Source of the DNA: Candidatus Omnitrophota bacterium
GTDB taxonomy: Bacteria; Omnitrophota; Omnitrophia; Omnitrophales; Aquincolibacteriaceae
Length of the DNA: 64,000 nt
NCBI GenBank assembly: GCA_022709525.1
Contig: JAKLIQ010000003.1
Span: 1,771-65,770, forward strand
Direction of reading: 5' to 3'
In this document: one piece after another, positions 48,352 through 60,830 of the stretch
How the letters are laid out: every line of letters begins with the position of its first letter
Position numbering within the stretch: the stretch's first letter is position 1
Notes under the pieces: model-generated
What the model saw: the letters and a program-made list of their open reading frames with translations, nothing else
Databases searched by the model: none
Told to the model about the DNA's origin: nothing
Translations under genes and position numbers: made by a program

Positions 48352-48387
48352 TTGTTAGACCTGGACCGGCCTTTTCGCCGGCGACCT

Positions 48388-49746
48388 ATGCCTCTTAAGA
48401 TCGAAACCATTCGGTCCTCTCAAACCCCTTGGGAAATTTTTCAAGCCGTTCACGCCGTTTCTCAAACCTGTTTTTTTCTGGACAGCCCCCGCTACGCGCC
48501 GCCTAACCAGGTTTATTCCTACATCGGCATGGATCCTGTCCTTGAAATGCGGCTTGATAAAAGAACGGTCCGGATCCGCGGCCTCGAAAATAAAAACTAT
48601 CCGGCCGGACAATTATTCCGTGTCCTAAAAGAAATCTTTCAAAAACACCGGGACCGCGCCGTCAATACGCGCCCCTTTTTTACAGGCGGATTTGTCGGCT
48701 ATTTCGGGTACGAAACGGCCGAGTTCTGTGACAAGATAAAATTCCGGGCCAAGCCCTTGCCAAAGACACCGCAGCTTTTCTTCGGGCTTTTTACGAAGAT
48801 CATCGTCTTTGATCACAAAAAACAGATGTACTATCTCGTTTCCAGGGGCCGAAGCGCCGAAGAAATAAAAAAATATTTCCGGCAAACCTCTCTTAAGCCG
48901 GACCGGCGGTTCAAACTTATAAAATTCATTCCCGAAATGAAAAAAGCCCGTTTTAAGGCCATGGTTTTAAAAGCCAAGGAATACATTGCAGCGGGCGATA
49001 TTTATCAGGCCAACCTTTCCCAGCGTTTTGCCTTTGATTATCAAGGATCACCGCTGGAACTTTACGGCAGGCTTCGCGCGATCAACCCGTCGCCTTTTTC
49101 ATGTTTTTTAAAAGCGGGGGATCTTGAGATCGTCAGCGCCTCTCCCGAAAGACTGATCCAAAAAAAAGGCCGCATTTGCGAAACCCGGCCGATCGCCGGT
49201 ACCTGTCCGGCCCGCGGCCCGAAGGCCCGGCTCAAGGAATGGCGCCGGAAACTTCTTCAAAATGAAAAAGAAAAAGCGGAACATTTGATGCTGGTGGATC
49301 TTGAGCGTAATGATCTCGGCCGCGTTTGCCATTACCGCTCCGTTCAAGTGAAAGAATTCATGACGCTTGAGAAATATTCGCATGTGGTGCATATCGTTTC
49401 GAAGATTTGCGGGTCTCTTAAGAAAAGTAAAGACGCCTTTGACCTCATCAAGGCGATGTTCCCGGGCGGGACGATCACAGGTTGTCCGAAGATCCGTTGT
49501 ATGGAGATCATTGATGAACTGGAACCTGTTCATCGCGGCATTTATACCGGTTCGCTCGGTTATATCGATCTTTATGGCGATATGGATCTTAACATTGTGA
49601 TCCGGACCATGCTGCTTAAGAAAGGAAAAGGCCATCTTCAGGTGGGCGCGGGGATCGTGTATGATTCCAATCCTGAAAAAGAATATTACGAAACTCTTCA
49701 CAAAGCCCGGGCGCTTGTTCAAGCGCTTCGGGAAGCGGGCGCTTAA
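48388..49746 (+). CDS. pabB: Aminodeoxychorismate synthase component I (chorismate-binding enzyme, PabB/TrpE family).
   Basis: GDIYQANLSQRF and the C-terminal chorismate-binding signature (GGTITGCPK...YTGSLGY). Followed by a class IV aminotransferase. Confidence 0.8.
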   Translation: MPLKIETIRSSQTPWEIFQAVHAVSQTCFFLDSPRYAPPNQVYSYIGMDPVLEMRLDKRTVRIRGLENKNYPAGQLFRVLKEIFQKHRDRAVNTRPFFTGGFVGYFGYETAEFCDKIKFRAKPLPKTPQLFFGLFTKIIVFDHKKQMYYLVSRGRSAEEIKKYFRQTSLKPDRRFKLIKFIPEMKKARFKAMVLKAKEYIAAGDIYQANLSQRFAFDYQGSPLELYGRLRAINPSPFSCFLKAGDLEIVSASPERLIQKKGRICETRPIAGTCPARGPKARLKEWRRKLLQNEKEKAEHLMLVDLERNDLGRVCHYRSVQVKEFMTLEKYSHVVHIVSKICGSLKKSKDAFDLIKAMFPGGTITGCPKIRCMEIIDELEPVHRGIYTGSLGYIDLYGDMDLNIVIRTMLLKKGKGHLQVGAGIVYDSNPEKEYYETLHKARALVQALREAGA

Positions 49747-49750
49747 GATC

Positions 49751-50650
49751 ATGGAGTATCGCGTCTATTCAGGCGGTCAAGAAATAAACGGGGAGATCCC
49801 TTTCGATCTTATGCGGACGGAAGCCGCAGGCATTTTTGAAAGCATGCGAGCTTATCGCGGCAAGATCTTCCTTGAGGAAGAGCATCTTTCACGTCTTTTG
49901 GAATCGGCCAAAACAATAGGCTACAAGCCGGCGCCAAAGATCCCCGAGCTTCGCCGGGAATTGGCCCTCGCCCTCCGTTCTTATGGACGCCAGGAATGCT
50001 ATGCCCGGCTGACTTTATGGGAAGGCCGGACCTTTGTGATCATAGGGTCGCGCGAACACGCCAAGGAGCTTTATCAAAAAGGCGTTGCGCTTAAAACAGC
50101 GTCTTTTCCGCGCGGCGGGCCCAATACTTTTCCCTGGCAGGCAAAAGCGTCCGCTTATCAGCAGGCGATCTTAGCCAGCACCGAACCTCATCCGGACAAG
50201 ATCTACGAATGGGTTTTTCTGGATCAACAGGGCTGTCTTACCGAAACCCGTACCGGAAACTTTTTTATCATTAAAAACCCTTTCAGAGATCGGGTCTCAG
50301 CCGATGCAGAGACTCGGTCTCTGCGGATGAAAGGCGCGGTTTTGCTTACGCCGCCCGAGCGTCTAATCTTGAATGGAGTGACCCGCCGGTTTGTGATAAA
50401 ATGCGCCCTCGACCTCGGATTTCAGGTCCAAGAGGTTCCGCTGACCCGACACGAGTTTTTCAGTGCGGATGAGGCTTTTCTTTCCAATACTTCCTGGGAG
50501 ATTCTGCCCGTTCGCGAACTGGATGCCCGTTCGATCGGGGCGGGAAAACCGGGTCCCGCAACTTTGAAACTGCACCGCTTTTTTAAAAGGAGGGTTCAAC
50601 AAGATGTCGCGTCATACCGTTCGCAGGGCACTGATCAGCGTTTCCGATAA
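49751..50650 (+). CDS. pabC: Class IV aminotransferase-fold protein, a likely 4-amino-4-deoxychorismate lyase.
   Basis: PLP fold-type IV pattern. Stop/start adjacent to pabB. The track ORF 49661.. starts inside pabB, so the start is trimmed to the ATG after the pabB stop. Confidence 0.7.
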   Translation: MEYRVYSGGQEINGEIPFDLMRTEAAGIFESMRAYRGKIFLEEEHLSRLLESAKTIGYKPAPKIPELRRELALALRSYGRQECYARLTLWEGRTFVIIGSREHAKELYQKGVALKTASFPRGGPNTFPWQAKASAYQQAILASTEPHPDKIYEWVFLDQQGCLTETRTGNFFIIKNPFRDRVSADAETRSLRMKGAVLLTPPERLILNGVTRRFVIKCALDLGFQVQEVPLTRHEFFSADEAFLSNTSWEILPVRELDARSIGAGKPGPATLKLHRFFKRRVQQDVASYRSQGTDQRFR

Positions 50651-52181
50651 AAACGGCCTTATTCCTTTCGCTAAAACTTTACACAAACACGGGGTGGAAA
50701 TTCTCTCCACCGGCGGCACGCTAAAGGCGTTAAAACAAGCCCGGGTGCCGGCCATCGCCGTGGAAGATTACACAGGATTTCCCGAAATGCTCGACGGCCG
50801 CGTAAAGACCCTGCACCCGAAGATCCACGGCGGGCTTTTATTCCTTCGTCATAAGAAAAGCCATCAAAAACAGGTCAAAGCGCACGGGATCAAACCGATC
50901 GATCTCGTCGTTGTGAACCTCTATCCCTTCGAAGAGGTTACAAGCAAGGGGAATCTGAACATGGACGGGGCCAAAGAGTTCATCGATATCGGCGGACCTT
51001 CCATGTTGCGTTCCGCAGCAAAGAACTACGAGTCTGTGACGGTCATTACCGATGTTGCCGACTATGAACGCGTCGCTAAAGAGCTGGACGAACATAAAGG
51101 GAGCGTAACCGATGAGACCCGTTTCGCGCTCTCCCAGAAGGTTTTCGAAAGAACCTCGGCTTATGACGCTGTCATCAGCCAATTCATGGCGAAACACAAG
51201 AAAAAAACAGAAACCGAAGCCGCGCTCCCGCCCCAATTTGTTTTCCATTTCAAAAAATCACAGGATTTGCGTTACGGCGAGAATCCTCACCAGAAGGCCG
51301 CTTTTTATATCCCGACCACGCACAAAGCGTCTGTTTCCTGGACGCAGCTTCACGGCAAAGAACTTTCCTTTAATAATCTTATGGATGTTGATGCCACGTT
51401 GGACGTGCTCGCCGAATTCAACGCGCCGGCGGCGTGCGTGATCAAACACAATAACCCTTGCGGCATTGCGCAGGACACGCAAGCGCTTGTGGCGGTCGAG
51501 AAAGCGATCGACGGAGATCCTCTCTCGGCTTTTGGCGGGATTGTGGGCGTCAACCGCTGCTGCGACCGGAAGATCGCCGAGAAGATCCTTGAGAAGCTCG
51601 CCTTTTTTGAAGTTCTGGTAGCGCCTTCCTTTAAACCGGGGGCTTTGAAACTTTTAAAAGCCCGAAAGAACCTCCGGTTGATCGAAGTCCATCAATTCCG
51701 CGACGAAAACCTCTACGATGTGAAATTCCTGCGCACCGGTATTCTTGTTCAGGAAAAGGACCGGCCCATTAAAGACCACATGGCGGAACTTAAAAAGAAA
51801 CTCCATTTTGTGACGAAAACAAAACTTTCCGAGACCGAGATCGACGAGCTGCTCTTTGCGTTCCAGTGCTCCAAGGTCGTCAAATCGAACGCGATCGTGT
51901 TGACCCAAGGGAAACGCACCGTCGGGATCGGGGCGGGGCAGATGTCGCGGGTGGACTCGGTGCAGATCGCGATGCAAAAGGCCGGCTATCTCGCTGAAGG
52001 CGCCATGCTCGGCAGCGACGCTTTTTTTCCGATGCCCGACTCCATCGAGATCGCGGCTCAGCACAAGATCAAGGCCATCATCCAGCCCGGTGGCTCGATC
52101 CGGGACGCCGATGTGATCGCGGCTTGCGACCAGGCCGGTATCGCGATGGCTTTTACCGGCGAGCGGCATTTCAAACATTAA
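50604..52181 (+). CDS. purH: Bifunctional AICAR transformylase / IMP cyclohydrolase.
   Basis: MGS-like N-terminus ([11 protein letters not shown]) and AICARFT C-terminal domain. 525 aa. Confidence 0.9.
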   Translation: MSRHTVRRALISVSDKNGLIPFAKTLHKHGVEILSTGGTLKALKQARVPAIAVEDYTGFPEMLDGRVKTLHPKIHGGLLFLRHKKSHQKQVKAHGIKPIDLVVVNLYPFEEVTSKGNLNMDGAKEFIDIGGPSMLRSAAKNYESVTVITDVADYERVAKELDEHKGSVTDETRFALSQKVFERTSAYDAVISQFMAKHKKKTETEAALPPQFVFHFKKSQDLRYGENPHQKAAFYIPTTHKASVSWTQLHGKELSFNNLMDVDATLDVLAEFNAPAACVIKHNNPCGIAQDTQALVAVEKAIDGDPLSAFGGIVGVNRCCDRKIAEKILEKLAFFEVLVAPSFKPGALKLLKARKNLRLIEVHQFRDENLYDVKFLRTGILVQEKDRPIKDHMAELKKKLHFVTKTKLSETEIDELLFAFQCSKVVKSNAIVLTQGKRTVGIGAGQMSRVDSVQIAMQKAGYLAEGAMLGSDAFFPMPDSIEIAAQHKIKAIIQPGGSIRDADVIAACDQAGIAMAFTGERHFKH

Positions 52182-52200
52182 AAACAGGGGCCTGTAGCCC

Positions 52201-52252
52201 GGGACTCGCCCCTCGTAAAAGCGGGGCATCCAAACGAGTCCCGAGTCCCGAG
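52201..52252. repeat. Solo miniature copy of the GGGACTCG...CGAGTCCCGAG inverted-repeat element: GGGACTCG, a 26-nt interior containing its own small hairpin, then CGAGTCCCGAGTCCCGAG.
   Basis: Same terminal motifs as the inverted repeats at 21369 and 21851. Fills the purH-folC intergenic spacer. Confidence 0.6.
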
Positions 52253-52254
52253 CA

Positions 52255-53505
52255 ATGAACTACACCCAAGCTCTTCATTATCTTGATTCCTTTTTGAATC
52301 TCGAAAAATTAAGCCGCTTTCCGGCGAATCCTTTCTTTAATCTCAAGCGGATGGAGTATTTGCTTCAAGCGGGAGGTCATCCCGAAAGAAGTTTTTTCCC
52401 TATCCTGATCGCAGGGACGACGGGTAAAGGATCGACGGGTTTTTTCCTTGAGTCGATCCTTAAAGCCAACCATCTTCGCGTTGGCTATTATCATTCTCCT
52501 CATGTTGAAGACCCGCGCGAAAGAATTCGCGTCCAGGGGTGCATGGCCTCCCGGACAATGTGGGCTCAAGGGCTCTCCGAGATCCGAAAACTTCTTCGGT
52601 CCGGGCCCATGCCAAAAAAACTGGGAGTTCTGACTTATTTTGAGATCCTGACGTTCCTTGCCATATGGATCTTCTCAAAGCTGGATGTGAAGATCGGTAT
52701 TTTTGAGATCGGTCTCGGCGGCCGGCTTGACGCAACCAACGTTCTTCGGGCGCCGCTTGTGATCCTGACGCCTATTCATCTGGATCACGAAGCGTTTTTA
52801 GGCAATACGGTCGCTAAGATCGCGGCGGAAAAAGCGGGCATTATCAAATCCCACGCTCATGTGGTGACGGGAAAACAATACCCGGAAGCATTCCGGGTGA
52901 TCCAACGCGCCGTCAAAAAGAACCGCGGAGTCCTATGGCGCACCAAACCGGTTTCGGGCATACCGCTCGGGCTTGCGGGGGATTTCCAAAAAATGAATGC
53001 CGGCGCAGCCTGGAAAGCCGCGGAGATATTAAAAACGCATTTTGGTTATCCGATATCTTCCGAACAGGCGAAAAAAGGATTACAGGACGGGAACTGGAAA
53101 GGCCGGATGGAAAAATTCCAGCGGAATGGACGACAAGTCATCCTGGACGGCGCGCACAATCCTCTTTCGGTCCGGGAACTTGTCCGGTCGCTTAAAAAAG
53201 AAAAGATCAAAGATCCCTGGCTTTTATTCGGCGCCATGAATGATAAGAACAGCCGTGAAATGCTCAAGGTTTTAAGCGGGTATTTTTCCAGAGCGATCTT
53301 AACAGGCATCGAGGGCAATCGCGCCAAATCCGTCGGGGAACTTGTCGAAGAAGCCAAAGGGCTTTTCAAATACGTTCTAACGGCTCAGAATATCAGGGAA
53401 GCATTTTTTATGACCGAAAAATTTTTAGAGCCGGGAAAATGCGCCGTCATCACGGGATCGTTTTATCTGGTCGGAGCGGCGCGGAGGATCCTTACTCATG
53501 TCTAG
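52255..53505 (+). CDS. folC: Folylpolyglutamate synthase / dihydrofolate synthase.
   Basis: Mur-ligase P-loop IAGTTGKGST and the FolC middle and C-terminal domains. Confidence 0.85.
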   Translation: MNYTQALHYLDSFLNLEKLSRFPANPFFNLKRMEYLLQAGGHPERSFFPILIAGTTGKGSTGFFLESILKANHLRVGYYHSPHVEDPRERIRVQGCMASRTMWAQGLSEIRKLLRSGPMPKKLGVLTYFEILTFLAIWIFSKLDVKIGIFEIGLGGRLDATNVLRAPLVILTPIHLDHEAFLGNTVAKIAAEKAGIIKSHAHVVTGKQYPEAFRVIQRAVKKNRGVLWRTKPVSGIPLGLAGDFQKMNAGAAWKAAEILKTHFGYPISSEQAKKGLQDGNWKGRMEKFQRNGRQVILDGAHNPLSVRELVRSLKKEKIKDPWLLFGAMNDKNSREMLKVLSGYFSRAILTGIEGNRAKSVGELVEEAKGLFKYVLTAQNIREAFFMTEKFLEPGKCAVITGSFYLVGAARRILTHV

Positions 53506-54889
53506 ATTCGAGCTCGACGACACCATCGCAGCAATCGCGACCCCCGCGGGGGAAGGCGGCATCGCGGTGATCCGTGTGTCCGGCCCCGGCGTTTTTGATG
53601 CGGTCGATCCTTTTTTTATTTCTCATGAAAATAAAAAACTTCGGGACCGCTCCGCCAACACGATCCATTGGGGAAAATTTACCGATCCCTCCGGGCTTGC
53701 CGTGGATCAAGTGCTTGTCAGTATTTTTAAAGCCCCGCAATCCTATACCGGCCAGGATGTGATCGAGATCAGCTGCCACGGCGGCCTTGCCGTCACAAGA
53801 AAGATCCTCGGTGTTCTTCTTGAAAAAGGAGTCCGTCACGCCGAACCGGGGGAATTCACCCGCCGCGCGTTCCTCGCGGGCAAGATCGACCTTACGCAGG
53901 CGGAGGCGGTACTGGATCTTATCCGCGCCAAAAGCGACCGCTCGCTTGAGATCGCCGCTTGCCAGCTTTCAGGGTCGCTTTCCCGCGCTTTCAAGGAGTT
54001 AAAAGAAAAGATCCTGCGGCTTTTGGCGCATATGGAGGCCTATCTTGATTTTCCGGAGGAAGACCTGGAGGTCGACGTGAAGGCCGGCATGCAAAAACAG
54101 TTCACGGAGATTTTGGAAAAAATCCGTTCGCTTCTTTCCGGATTCGAACGCAACGCGCGTCTTCGCGAAGGAATCGTTGTGGCGCTTGCGGGAAAACCCA
54201 ATGTCGGAAAATCCTCCATCTTTAATGCGCTTTTGGAACGTGACAGAGCGATCGTTTCGGAATTGCCGCACACGACACGCGATCATTTGGAAGAGCCGCT
54301 TGAGATCGGCGGCGTTTATCTTCGTTTACGGGACACGGCCGGGCTTATTTCCACGCCGGAACATCCGCTGGACAAGATCGGCATGGACCGGACACTTGAA
54401 ACGCTGCAGGAAAGCTATTTGATTCTTGATGTGATCGATGGATCCGCGCCGCTCGATGAAACAGACAAGCATGTTCTCTCCCAAGTGCCCGAAAACAAGA
54501 AGAAGGTCATCCTCGTTAATAAATCTGATCTGCCGCTGCGCATCAAAATGGTCGAACTTAAGGCCTTTGCAGGAAAACAACCCCTGATCCGCCTTTCAGC
54601 AAAGACGCGGGAAGGGTTCAAGGAACTCGAAGAGAGCATCACAAGACTTTTGGAACGTGGCGCAGGCAGTGAAGGAGAACAGATCACGCGATTGCGGCAT
54701 CAAAAAGCTTTGGAGGCAACGCTTGACGCCTTGCTTCGCGCCGAAAGCTCTTTTCGGAAGAAAACATCATTTGAATTCATCACACCGGATCTTCATGTAG
54801 CCCTTGGATCGGTCAAAGAGCTTATCGGGGAAGTTTATTCAGAGGATCTTCTCGATGTGATCTTCTCGGAATTCTGCATTGGCAAATAA
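53498..54889 (+). CDS. mnmE: tRNA uridine-5-carboxymethylaminomethyl modification GTPase.
   Basis: N-terminal IAAIATPAGEGGIAVIRVSG. G-domain GKPNVGKSS. C-terminal CIGK tetrapeptide. Confidence 0.9.
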   Translation: MSRFELDDTIAAIATPAGEGGIAVIRVSGPGVFDAVDPFFISHENKKLRDRSANTIHWGKFTDPSGLAVDQVLVSIFKAPQSYTGQDVIEISCHGGLAVTRKILGVLLEKGVRHAEPGEFTRRAFLAGKIDLTQAEAVLDLIRAKSDRSLEIAACQLSGSLSRAFKELKEKILRLLAHMEAYLDFPEEDLEVDVKAGMQKQFTEILEKIRSLLSGFERNARLREGIVVALAGKPNVGKSSIFNALLERDRAIVSELPHTTRDHLEEPLEIGGVYLRLRDTAGLISTPEHPLDKIGMDRTLETLQESYLILDVIDGSAPLDETDKHVLSQVPENKKKVILVNKSDLPLRIKMVELKAFAGKQPLIRLSAKTREGFKELEESITRLLERGAGSEGEQITRLRHQKALEATLDALLRAESSFRKKTSFEFITPDLHVALGSVKELIGEVYSEDLLDVIFSEFCIGK

Positions 54890-55258
54890 TTTTTTCAGGG
54901 AATCCGAAAAAAAATTCAATTTGCGTTTGACTTCGGAACTTTCTTTGCTATCCTTGTCTGGAATTTATTTCTAAATGGTTGACAAGGATTGCCCCCAATT
55001 TCAATTTTATTGAAATTGATAGGTATTGGGACTAAAATCCCTTTCGTTAAAGATTGCTGGAAGAAAAATCTTTAGAAAAAAGAATTTATAAATCTTAACA
55101 GTGAACGCAAGAAGCGTTCGAAATGTCTTATTCAATTTGAGCGACCCTAGCAGCTGTTTTTGAAACAATAAAAAAGGGGTTAGGGCGACACGAACTGCAA
55201 AAAGCGATACTTAAGGGAAAAATCACCTGTCATGCAAGAAGTAAAAATTTCAAACCGA

Positions 55259-55308
55259 ATACTATATATAGTATGTGCTTTTAATAACCTCACCTACATA
55301 TAGTAATA
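55259..55308. promoter_or_regulatory. Two tandem NrdR-box-like palindromes upstream of nrdJ: atACTATATATAGTat and ccTACATATAGTAat. Their centres are about 33 bp apart.
   Basis: Core CTATATATAG matches the published NrdR box consensus acaCwAtATaTwGtgt. Tandem spacing of about three helical turns is typical. The pair lies 40-90 bp upstream of the GTG start. Confidence 0.45.
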
Positions 55309-55349
55309 TTTAATAAGCTTTTAAAAAGTTTATCGGGAGAATACAAAGC

Positions 55350-58523
<3,174 letters not shown>

Positions 58524-58576
58524 CGGCCCTTTCCTTCTCTGGCTCTTTGTAGGGAAATACGGTAAAATTTTCTCCT

Positions 58577-60349
58577 ATGAATTCCCATGAACCCATCGAA
58601 GCGACAGAGAAACTTTTCACGCGCACCCGTTCGCGCGATTACCGTGACTGGGCTCATTTCGGCATCTTTTTCCTGATCATCGCCGTTTTTACCCTTTTGC
58701 TGGCGACCCATCGGCTCGACCGCTTGGAAGATCTGGTTCGTGACGGATTTCTCAAGCATGCGGCCTGGAAACAGACCCATTCCGATATCGCTCTGGTCGA
58801 AATATCCGAGGCCGCCATCGACGAAATAGGCCCTTGGCCGTGGCCAAGAAGTTATCATGCGATCATCGCGCGGCTTCTAAGCGAATGGAAAGCGGCCGCC
58901 CTTGTTTTTGATCTGGACCTTTCTGAAACAACGGACCCCAAGAACGATTCGGACCTCGCGCAAGCGCTTTCGAGGATCGAAGCGCCCTTTTATTTCCCCG
59001 CGGACCTTCGGCCGCAAAAAGAAAAGAAATTCTGGGTGCATGGCATCCCGGTGGTCCTCGATACGGGGGAAGGAAAACGAAGCTGGGTCCACGTTCTTCC
59101 GGAATTCGAAAAACAGGCCCAAGGCGTGGGGCACGGCTATCTTTCGCCGGATCCCGACGGGGTTTTAAGGCGCTTTGATCCGGTGGTGAAGGACGGAAAG
59201 GAGGAGCATCTCTTTCTTCCGTTGCGGGTCGCTTCCGATTACAAAAAAGACCCCGCTTTTGCTCCCCGGGATTGGAAGCCGCTCAAAGACAGCGGCGGCA
59301 AGATCCTCATTCCCTGGAATGAAAATCTTGGCTGGGAAATGACCCGTTATTCCTGCTCGGACCTGATCCACAGTTTTTACGCCCTTCAGAAGGGAGCCCG
59401 TCCGGTCATCGACCCGGGAAAGATCTCCGGGAAAATATGCCTGATCGGGCCGACGGCCTCCGGCGCCGCGGAACTTAAAACAACCCCCTTAGGCACCGCT
59501 TACCCTAAGGTCAATATTTACGCGCAGGTCCTGAACGCGGCGCTGACCGGGAACTGGATCCGGCCCGTTCCGTTCTGGGGGAATCTCCTGTGCCTTTTAG
59601 GTGTTGGTGCTCTGACGATGTTTCTTTTTGTGACGCTCCGGGGCGCGTGGTTTTTTATCGCAGGCCTTTCGCTCGCGGCGGGATGGTTCCTTTTTTGTTT
59701 CCTGGCTTTTACGCGCGGGCATCTCTGGTTTTACGCCGTTTACCCGGTCCTTCTCATCCTCTGCTTATTTATTTTCTCGGCGATCTATGTGCAGATCATA
59801 GCAACACGCGAGAAATCCCATCTTTTCCATCTCGCGACGCGCGACGGACTGACCGAACTTTACGTGATCCGTCATTTCCGGTTGATCATGAACCAGATCG
59901 TAAGGGAAGCGAGCCTGCGCAAGGAGCCTTTGTCCGTCATTTTGCTCGACATCGACAATTTTAAAAGCATCAATGATACTTACGGCCATCCGGCAGGGGA
60001 TATGGTGCTTAAAAAAACCGCTTCCATTATCTTGCATTTTATCCGCAAAAGGCGCCCCTTCCGGGAGATCGATTTTGCCGCCCGTTACGGAGGCGAGGAA
60101 TTCATCATCATGCTCCGGAAGGCGGGCCTTAGGGAGGCGGCTTCCGTTGCCGCGGAACGCATCCGGAAGAAGATCGAAGAAACAAGGTTTGAATGGGAGG
60201 GTAAGCTGATCCGCGTCACGGCCAGTCTCGGCGTCGCCTTCCTTCATCAGGGCGAGAACGTCCCGGACTCCATGGTCCACCGCGCGGACGCCGCGCTTTA
60301 TAAAGCCAAGGCCTCCGGAAAAAACCGGGTTTGCACCGAAAACCGCTGA
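58577..60349 (+). CDS. CHASE2-sensor diguanylate cyclase (GGDEF domain).
   Basis: N-terminal TM, periplasmic CHASE2-like region, three TM segments, then a GGDEF domain with RYGGEEF active site and RxxD-like I-site region. Confidence 0.85.
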   Translation: MNSHEPIEATEKLFTRTRSRDYRDWAHFGIFFLIIAVFTLLLATHRLDRLEDLVRDGFLKHAAWKQTHSDIALVEISEAAIDEIGPWPWPRSYHAIIARLLSEWKAAALVFDLDLSETTDPKNDSDLAQALSRIEAPFYFPADLRPQKEKKFWVHGIPVVLDTGEGKRSWVHVLPEFEKQAQGVGHGYLSPDPDGVLRRFDPVVKDGKEEHLFLPLRVASDYKKDPAFAPRDWKPLKDSGGKILIPWNENLGWEMTRYSCSDLIHSFYALQKGARPVIDPGKISGKICLIGPTASGAAELKTTPLGTAYPKVNIYAQVLNAALTGNWIRPVPFWGNLLCLLGVGALTMFLFVTLRGAWFFIAGLSLAAGWFLFCFLAFTRGHLWFYAVYPVLLILCLFIFSAIYVQIIATREKSHLFHLATRDGLTELYVIRHFRLIMNQIVREASLRKEPLSVILLDIDNFKSINDTYGHPAGDMVLKKTASIILHFIRKRRPFREIDFAARYGGEEFIIMLRKAGLREAASVAAERIRKKIEETRFEWEGKLIRVTASLGVAFLHQGENVPDSMVHRADAALYKAKASGKNRVCTENR

Positions 60350-60407
60350 TTTTTCGCGCCTTGACCGCAACGCCGCGAACACATAGACTTTAACGCGTTT
60401 TCACGCG

Positions 60408-60465
60408 CGGGACTCGTAAAGAACAAGAAACTAATACGAGTCCCTAGTCCCGAGGCGCGAGTCCC
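60408..60465. repeat. Solo copy of the GGGACTCG...CGAGTCCC inverted-repeat element, with extra GAGTCCC units.
   Basis: GGGACTCG-20 nt-CGAGTCCCTAGTCCCGAGGCGCGAGTCCC. Lies immediately upstream of the second tRNA/GIY-YIG locus. Confidence 0.6.
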
Positions 60466-60474
60466 TGATTAAAA

Positions 60475-60510
60475 GGAGAGGTGGCAGAGTGGTCGGATGC
60501 GGCGGTCTCG
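60475..60510 (+). pseudogene. Displaced 5' half of a tRNA-Ser-type gene: GGAGAGGTGGCAGAGTGGTCGGATGCGGCGGTCTCG. It ends in the anticodon loop after position 35.
   Basis: About 85% identical to the first 36 nt of the intact tRNA at 60831. Its acceptor GGAGAGG does not match that tRNA's 3' strand. Confidence 0.6.
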
Positions 60511-60559
60511 CCACCGCCTGCAAAGCGGCGGGGTCCCGCCTCTTTTGGGCGGGAAAAAC
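60511..60559 (+). repeat. Copy 3 of the double-hairpin element. It is 49 nt, with 2 differences from copies 1 and 2.
   Basis: CCACCGCCTGCAAAGCGGCGGGGTCCCGCCTCTTTTGGGCGGGAAAAAC. Confidence 0.8.
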
Positions 60560-60578
60560 TCAAAAATTTATTTGAATT

Positions 60579-60825
60579 ATGTGGTATGTTTATATTTTAA
60601 AAAGCGAAAAAAACAGGTCGGTATTATACCGGTTATACGGAAGTCCTCGAAAAACGTTTGAAGCAACACAATAGCGGAAAGACAAAATCGCTCAAAGCGC
60701 ATCTGCCAGTTCAAGCTGTTTATATTGAAAAATTTATAAGCAGGCGTGAAGCATTTCAAAGAGAGCGACAAATTAAAAACTACAAAGGCGGAAAAGCATT
60801 TAGACGGTTGATTGAGAAAGGCTGA
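60579..60825 (+). pseudogene. Second GIY-YIG (YhbQ-type) nuclease gene. It is interrupted by a +1 frameshift in an A7 homopolymer at 60607..60613.
   Basis: MWYVYILKSEK- then, in the +1 frame, -TGRYYTGYTEVLEKRLKQHNSGKTKSLKAHLPVQAVYIEKFISRREAFQRERQIKNYKGGKAFRRLIEKG. Its first 18 nt are identical to the 15146 gene. The stop lies 5 nt before the tRNA. Confidence 0.65.
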
Positions 60826-60830
60826 TTCGC

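Noticed and set aside
60577-60771. 64-aa ORF on the minus strand
   Set aside because: It is antisense to the GIY-YIG coding sequence and low-complexity. It is an artefact of the A/T-rich nuclease gene.
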